64,000 nucleotides of DNA from Deltaproteobacteria bacterium (lineage in GTDB: Bacteria; SAR324; NAC60-12), in NCBI GenBank assembly GCA_038133845.1, contig JAYPUA010000003.1, positions 58,444-122,443 of the forward strand, in the 5' to 3' direction. Below, piece by piece: positions 59,772 through 64,000 of this stretch. Below the pieces are notes generated by a model. That model saw nothing but the letters and a program-made list of their open reading frames with translations, was not told the origin of the DNA and did not search any database. Each line of letters begins with the position of its first letter. Position 1 is the first letter of the stretch. The translations under genes and the position numbers were made by a program.

Positions 59772-59800
59772 TTGACAATCTCCGCGGCCTCCTCTTTAAT
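59772..59800 (+). promoter_or_regulatory. Sigma70-type promoter TTGACA-17-TTTAAT for the LacI-family gene
   Basis: -35 at 59772..59777 and -10 at 59795..59800. The predicted transcription start site falls inside the first operator copy. Confidence 0.5.
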
Positions 59801-59801
59801 C

Positions 59802-59829
59802 TGACACCGGTGTCATGACACCGGTGTCA
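59802..59829. promoter_or_regulatory. Tandem duplicated perfect 14-bp palindrome TGACACCGGTGTCA x2 (LacI-family-type operator) ending 8 nt before the regulator's ATG
   Basis: Two abutting identical copies at 59802..59815 and 59816..59829. TG...CA arms flanking a central CCGG are typical of LacI/GalR operators. Confidence 0.6.
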
Positions 59830-59837
59830 TTTAGTCG

Positions 59838-60920
59838 ATGGAGATTCAGGAGGAAAGGGTCGTGGCGACCATCTATGACGTAGCCCAGGCGGCACGCGTT
59901 TCTGTAAAGACCGTCTCTCGGGTACTCAACGAAGAGGCCGCGGTTCGTCCCTCCACGAGAGAGCGGGTGCTGCAGTCCATGCAGCAGCTCAATTACACCC
60001 CTTCCACGGCAGCCCGGACGATGCGCACTCAAAAGACCGGGTTGATCGGGGTGCTCACGACGGCAATTACCTCGGCCCCCACGACTCCGGATGCTGCCGG
60101 CCTGCCTTCGGTGAACCTGCTCAAGGGCATTCAGTCGGTGATGGACCGCTCCGGCATGCTGATGATGGTGGCAGATACGGGAGAGAGCCCGGAACGTCTG
60201 GAGCAGCTGGCCCGCACCTTCCGAGAGCACCGGGTCGAGGGCATCCTGTACGTGGCCGACTATCACCAGTCCGTCAGCCCCCCGGCTTCGCTCTTTGAGC
60301 TTCCGACCGTGCTGGTGAATTGTTTTGACGAGCACCAGCGTCTCCCGGCGGTGGTTCCGGACGACGTAGCCGGAGGGTACCGGGCGGCAGAGGCGGCGCT
60401 CTCTCGAGGACACCGACGCATCGGCTTCCTGACACTTCCGGAAACGATGGTGGCCACGCAGTTGAGAAACCAGGGTTTCCTGGAAGCCCATGAGGCCTGG
60501 GAAGTTCAAGTGGATCCGGGGCTGGTTCTCAGCGTGGGGAAGTTTCTTGATCCACCTCAGGAGGAGGCCCGAGCGCTTCGGCACGCGCTGGAGCAGTTGC
60601 TCAACCTCCGAGAGCCTCCGACTGCGATCTGCTGTGGAAACGACAAGATGGCCATGAGCCTCTACATGCAGTTGCAGCAGTGGGGGGTTTCCATTCCGGA
60701 GCAACTCTCAGTGGTCGGGTTTGACGACTACACCCTGATCACGGAGTTGCTGAACCCGCGCCTGACCACCGTGGCTTTGCCGTATGTGGAGATGGGGCAG
60801 CGGGCAGCTTCCCGTTTGATCCAGGAGATCCAGGGAGTTGCAGAAGACCGGTCCGACAGGATTGTCGAGGCCCTCGCCGGACCGGTCATTTGGCGTCATT
60901 CCGTGAAGGACCTTCGCTGA
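59838..60920 (+). CDS. LacI-family transcriptional regulator
   Basis: N-terminal HTH ATIYDVAQAARVSVKTVSRVLN plus a periplasmic-binding-like effector domain. Confidence 0.9.
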   Translation: MEIQEERVVATIYDVAQAARVSVKTVSRVLNEEAAVRPSTRERVLQSMQQLNYTPSTAARTMRTQKTGLIGVLTTAITSAPTTPDAAGLPSVNLLKGIQSVMDRSGMLMMVADTGESPERLEQLARTFREHRVEGILYVADYHQSVSPPASLFELPTVLVNCFDEHQRLPAVVPDDVAGGYRAAEAALSRGHRRIGFLTLPETMVATQLRNQGFLEAHEAWEVQVDPGLVLSVGKFLDPPQEEARALRHALEQLLNLREPPTAICCGNDKMAMSLYMQLQQWGVSIPEQLSVVGFDDYTLITELLNPRLTTVALPYVEMGQRAASRLIQEIQGVAEDRSDRIVEALAGPVIWRHSVKDLR

Positions 60921-61069
60921 AGGAGTCCCTTCCGGCTGAATCCGTTCACCAGAATCACAAGGAGAAGCATATCAACCCAACCAAAACTTTCCCGTTTATT
61001 TGACTCCGGCCCGACCCGTTGCGTCGAGCAGGCCGGTCTGCTTTCAAGATTTTCAATCACGAGGAACAG

Positions 61070-62326
61070 ATGCTGAAACCTTTCTTCAAAGCCCTGCTGG
61101 GAGCAAGCGTGCTCCTGAGCGCCTCAACCGCTTTTGCTGCCACAGAATTGAGCATGTGGTATCACGGAGCGGGCAATGAGGTGGAGAGCAAGATCATCAA
61201 CCAGATCATTCAGGACTTCAACACCTCACAGTCCAGCTGGGTCGTGAAGCTCGAGTCCTTCCCTCAGGAGTCCTACAACTCCTCCATCGTTGCCGCAGCG
61301 CTGGCGGGCAACCTTCCGGACATCATTGACGTGGACGGGCCGATCATGCCGAACTGGGCTTGGTCCGGATACATGGCGCCGCTTCAGCTCAAGCCGGGTT
61401 CGCTGGACAAATTTCTCCCGGGAGCCATCGGTCGCTGGAATGGCCAGCTCTATGCTGTCGGGCTGTGGGACGCTGCCTGTGCGCTGGTGACCCGGAAGTC
61501 GACGCTGCAGAAGTACGGCATCCGGGTTCCCACCCTGGACAAGCCTTGGACACGGAGCGAGTTTGACGCGGCCCTGGTCAAGCTCAAGAACTCCGGAGAC
61601 TTTGAGTACCCGCTGGATCTGGGAATGGCCTGGACTGGAGAGTGGTACCCTTACGCCTTCGGTCCCTTCCTGCAGAGCTTCGGTGGCGACATCATTGACG
61701 TCCAGCGAAACACAGCGGAAGGAGCGCTCAATGGGGATGCCGGAATGGCGTTTGGCCAGTGGTGGAAGTCGTTGTTCGATCGCAAGCTGACTCCGGGGAC
61801 CAGTCAGGATGGTGCGGACCGGGATACCGGATTTCTGGATGGGAAGTATGCCATTCAGCTCAACGGGAACTGGGCGGCGCTGGGTGCTGTGGAAAAACTG
61901 GGAGATGATGTCCTCTTCCTGCCTTCTGTGGATTTCGGCAAGGGTCCTCGGATTGGCGCGGCCTCTTGGCAGTTTGGTGTTTCTGCCAACTCGAAGCACA
62001 AGGACGGCGCCACCGAGTTCATCCAGTTTGCGATCCAGGACAAGTACTTGACCGCCTTTTCGGACGGGATCGGGCTGATCCCTCCGACTCCGGCGTCAGC
62101 AGCTGTGTCCAAGCACTACTCCAAAGGCGGAGCCATGGAGGTCTTCTTTGAGCTTTCCGCAAAGCAGGCCACCCTTCGGTCGGTCACTCCGGCCTACATC
62201 GTTGCCTCTCCAATCTTTGAGAAGGCGCTCGCAGACATTGCTAACGGAGCGGATGTCGCAGACACTCTGGATGCCGCAGCTGATGAGATCAATGCGGACA
62301 TTGCGAAGAACAACGGCTACAAGTAG
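61070..62326 (+). CDS. Sugar ABC transporter substrate-binding protein (family 1)
   Basis: GAGGA ribosome-binding site at -7. Signal peptide MLKPFFKALLGASVLLSASTAFA. The ORF is open from 61019. Confidence 0.85.
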   Translation: MLKPFFKALLGASVLLSASTAFAATELSMWYHGAGNEVESKIINQIIQDFNTSQSSWVVKLESFPQESYNSSIVAAALAGNLPDIIDVDGPIMPNWAWSGYMAPLQLKPGSLDKFLPGAIGRWNGQLYAVGLWDAACALVTRKSTLQKYGIRVPTLDKPWTRSEFDAALVKLKNSGDFEYPLDLGMAWTGEWYPYAFGPFLQSFGGDIIDVQRNTAEGALNGDAGMAFGQWWKSLFDRKLTPGTSQDGADRDTGFLDGKYAIQLNGNWAALGAVEKLGDDVLFLPSVDFGKGPRIGAASWQFGVSANSKHKDGATEFIQFAIQDKYLTAFSDGIGLIPPTPASAAVSKHYSKGGAMEVFFELSAKQATLRSVTPAYIVASPIFEKALADIANGADVADTLDAAADEINADIAKNNGYK

Positions 62327-62388
62327 TCGTTTGCTCTTCTCTCCCGGCCCCCACGCTCGCAAGAGGTGGGGGTTCGCACACTACGCTC

Positions 62389-63480
62389 ATGGCCACTTCA
62401 TCCTCTTCGAGAAAGCACAACCTGATCGGCTGGCTCATGGCCGGACCGGCGGTGGGGCTCATTGTGCTCTTCCTGATCGTTCCCTTCTTCATGGCATTCG
62501 GGCTCTCGTTCACCAACCAGCGGCTGATCTCTCCCAACCCCACCGAGTTTGTGGGGCTGCGGAATTTTGAGCACTTGCTGGGGTTGGGCTGGCTGGTGGT
62601 TGAGCCCAACCGAACCGCGCAGGGTGAGATTGAGCGCGACGAAGCCGGACAGCCCACGTATCCCCGGTTGCGCAAGTTTACCCGCAACAACCCGGAATAT
62701 CCCCAGCTGAACCGGATGCGTGAGTGGATGAGCTGGAGCTGGCTCGACGACACCCGGCTCTATCTCCTCGCGTCGGATGTGGTGTTCATGAAGGCTTTGC
62801 AGAACACGCTGACCTTTGTGATCGTGACCTGTCCGCTGCAGGCCGGATTGGCGCTGCTGCTGGCGCTGCTGATCAATCAGCCCCTGCGTGGCATCAACGT
62901 TTTCCGGACGGTCTACTTCGCTCCGGTGGTCATCTCGATGGTCGTTGTCGCCTTTCTCTGGCGCTTCATCTACGACGGACAGAACGGGCTGCTGAACAAC
63001 CTGCTGGGTGCCTTGACTCTGGGCCTGTTCTCTCCAGTGGACTGGTTGGGAAATCCGGAAACGGCGCTGGGAGCCATCATCGCGATGTCGGTCTGGCAGG
63101 GGGTGGGCTTTCACATGGTGATCTGGCTCTCCGGGCTGCAGACCATCCCGGAGACCCTCTATGAAGCCGCCTCCATTGAAGGCGCCACGCGCTGGCAGAG
63201 GTTTCGCTATGTCACCTGGCCTGGACTCCGGAACACGGCCATCCTGGTGATGGTCATCATCACCATGCAGGCGTTCACGCTCTATCCCCAGGTTCAGGTC
63301 ATGACACGCGGAGGGCCTCTGGACAGCACCCAAAGCCTGGTCTTTCAGATGGTGCAGCGCGGTTATGAAAAGCAGGACATTGCCGGAGGCTCGGCCATCT
63401 CGGTGTTCCTGTTTCTTTTCGTCCTGAGCATCTCCCTGTTTCAGCGCTACCTCACCCGCGATCAGGAGCCCTCCCGGTGA
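62389..63480 (+). CDS. Sugar ABC transporter permease (MalF/UgpA-like)
   Basis: Six TM helices and an EAA loop. Confidence 0.85.
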   Translation: MATSSSSRKHNLIGWLMAGPAVGLIVLFLIVPFFMAFGLSFTNQRLISPNPTEFVGLRNFEHLLGLGWLVVEPNRTAQGEIERDEAGQPTYPRLRKFTRNNPEYPQLNRMREWMSWSWLDDTRLYLLASDVVFMKALQNTLTFVIVTCPLQAGLALLLALLINQPLRGINVFRTVYFAPVVISMVVVAFLWRFIYDGQNGLLNNLLGALTLGLFSPVDWLGNPETALGAIIAMSVWQGVGFHMVIWLSGLQTIPETLYEAASIEGATRWQRFRYVTWPGLRNTAILVMVIITMQAFTLYPQVQVMTRGGPLDSTQSLVFQMVQRGYEKQDIAGGSAISVFLFLFVLSISLFQRYLTRDQEPSR

Positions 63481-64000
63481 ACCCCAAGCTGCACTGGACC
63501 CAACAGGTTCTGCGCTACCTGCTGCTGAGCTGGATCGCGCTCCTCTTTGTGTTCCCCGTGGTCTTCATGGTCGTCTCCTCGCTCAAGCCCGACCTGCAAC
63601 TGCTCCGCGACAGCGCCTCCTTCCGGGCCTTCCTTCCTGTTGGAGAGATCAGCCTGGAAAACTACGAGTCGGCCCTGGAACGCGTTCCCATCGCCCGGTT
63701 TGTGATCAACTCGGTGATGGTGACCGCAGTGACCCTGGGACTGAGCCTGTTCTTTTGTTCCATGGCCGCTTTCGCCTTTGTCTTTCTCGAGTGGGCCGGA
63801 CGCAGCGTGGTGATGGCGGTTGTGCTGGCCACCTTTATCGTGCCTTTCGAGTCCATTGCCGTCCCCTTGCTCTTGCTGGTCAACCACCTTCCCTGGATTG
63901 GGGTGGAGGGGATCAAGATCGGGTGGCTCAACAGCTACCACGTCCAAGTCATCCCCTTCATCGCGGATGCGCTGACCATCTTCCTCTTCGTGCAGTATTT
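63477..64000 (+). CDS. Sugar ABC transporter permease (MalG/UgpE-like), truncated at the 3' window edge
   Basis: GTG start overlapping the previous stop (GTGA). TM helices. The frame is open to the end of the window. Confidence 0.8.
   Translation, partial: MNPKLHWTQQVLRYLLLSWIALLFVFPVVFMVVSSLKPDLQLLRDSASFRAFLPVGEISLENYESALERVPIARFVINSVMVTAVTLGLSLFFCSMAAFAFVFLEWAGRSVVMAVVLATFIVPFESIAVPLLLLVNHLPWIGVEGIKIGWLNSYHVQVIPFIADALTIFLFVQY

Overview
This is a GC-rich (~62%) chromosomal segment from a Gram-negative bacterium. Lipobox lipoproteins, outer-membrane beta-barrels, HflC and flagellar genes support the Gram-negative call. Most of it is core housekeeping, densely packed on both strands with frequent start/stop overlaps. 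In order: IHF beta, an isolated fliM, a NUDIX hydrolase, a Bor-family lipoprotein, metA and metY behind a clear SAM-I riboswitch, DUF502, a BtuF-like binding protein, tldD and pmbA, an HTH-EIIA(Ntr) fusion overlapping a ClC/CBS chloride channel, pstSCAB-phoU, the purF-purM-purN-purD operon, an LtaS/sulfatase-family protein, folC and hflC, prmA, menA and menC, a NUDIX-metallo-beta-lactamase fusion, RNase R, a proline-racemase-family enzyme, a livHMGF-livK operon plus a second liv-type binding protein, a fliF-fliH-fliI module, a two-domain periplasmic thioredoxin with an outer-membrane protein, a dapF-like gene, a large helical protein coupled to a globin-like lipoprotein, an ArsR-YeeE/YedE unit, a PfkB kinase, folP, and a LacI-regulated sugar ABC transporter. 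I recognised no rRNA, tRNA, CRISPR array, transposase or integrase. The strongest non-routine observations are (i) an in-frame TGA exactly at the catalytic-cysteine position of a membrane-anchored thioredoxin, with a hairpin downstream like the bacterial selenocysteine-insertion element, making it a selenoprotein candidate; (ii) a DapF-family protein in which both catalytic cysteines are serine; (iii) a fliF-fliH-fliI module with no fliG or fliJ and an orphan fliM; (iv) a NUDIX-MBL fusion after menA-menC; (v) an HTH-EIIA(Ntr) regulator coupled to a ClC channel; and (vi) several crisp regulatory palindromes, including a tandem duplicated LacI-type operator and an AT-rich perfect palindrome beside the SAM riboswitch. 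Many long antisense ORFs in the provided track are GC-driven artefacts and were not called.
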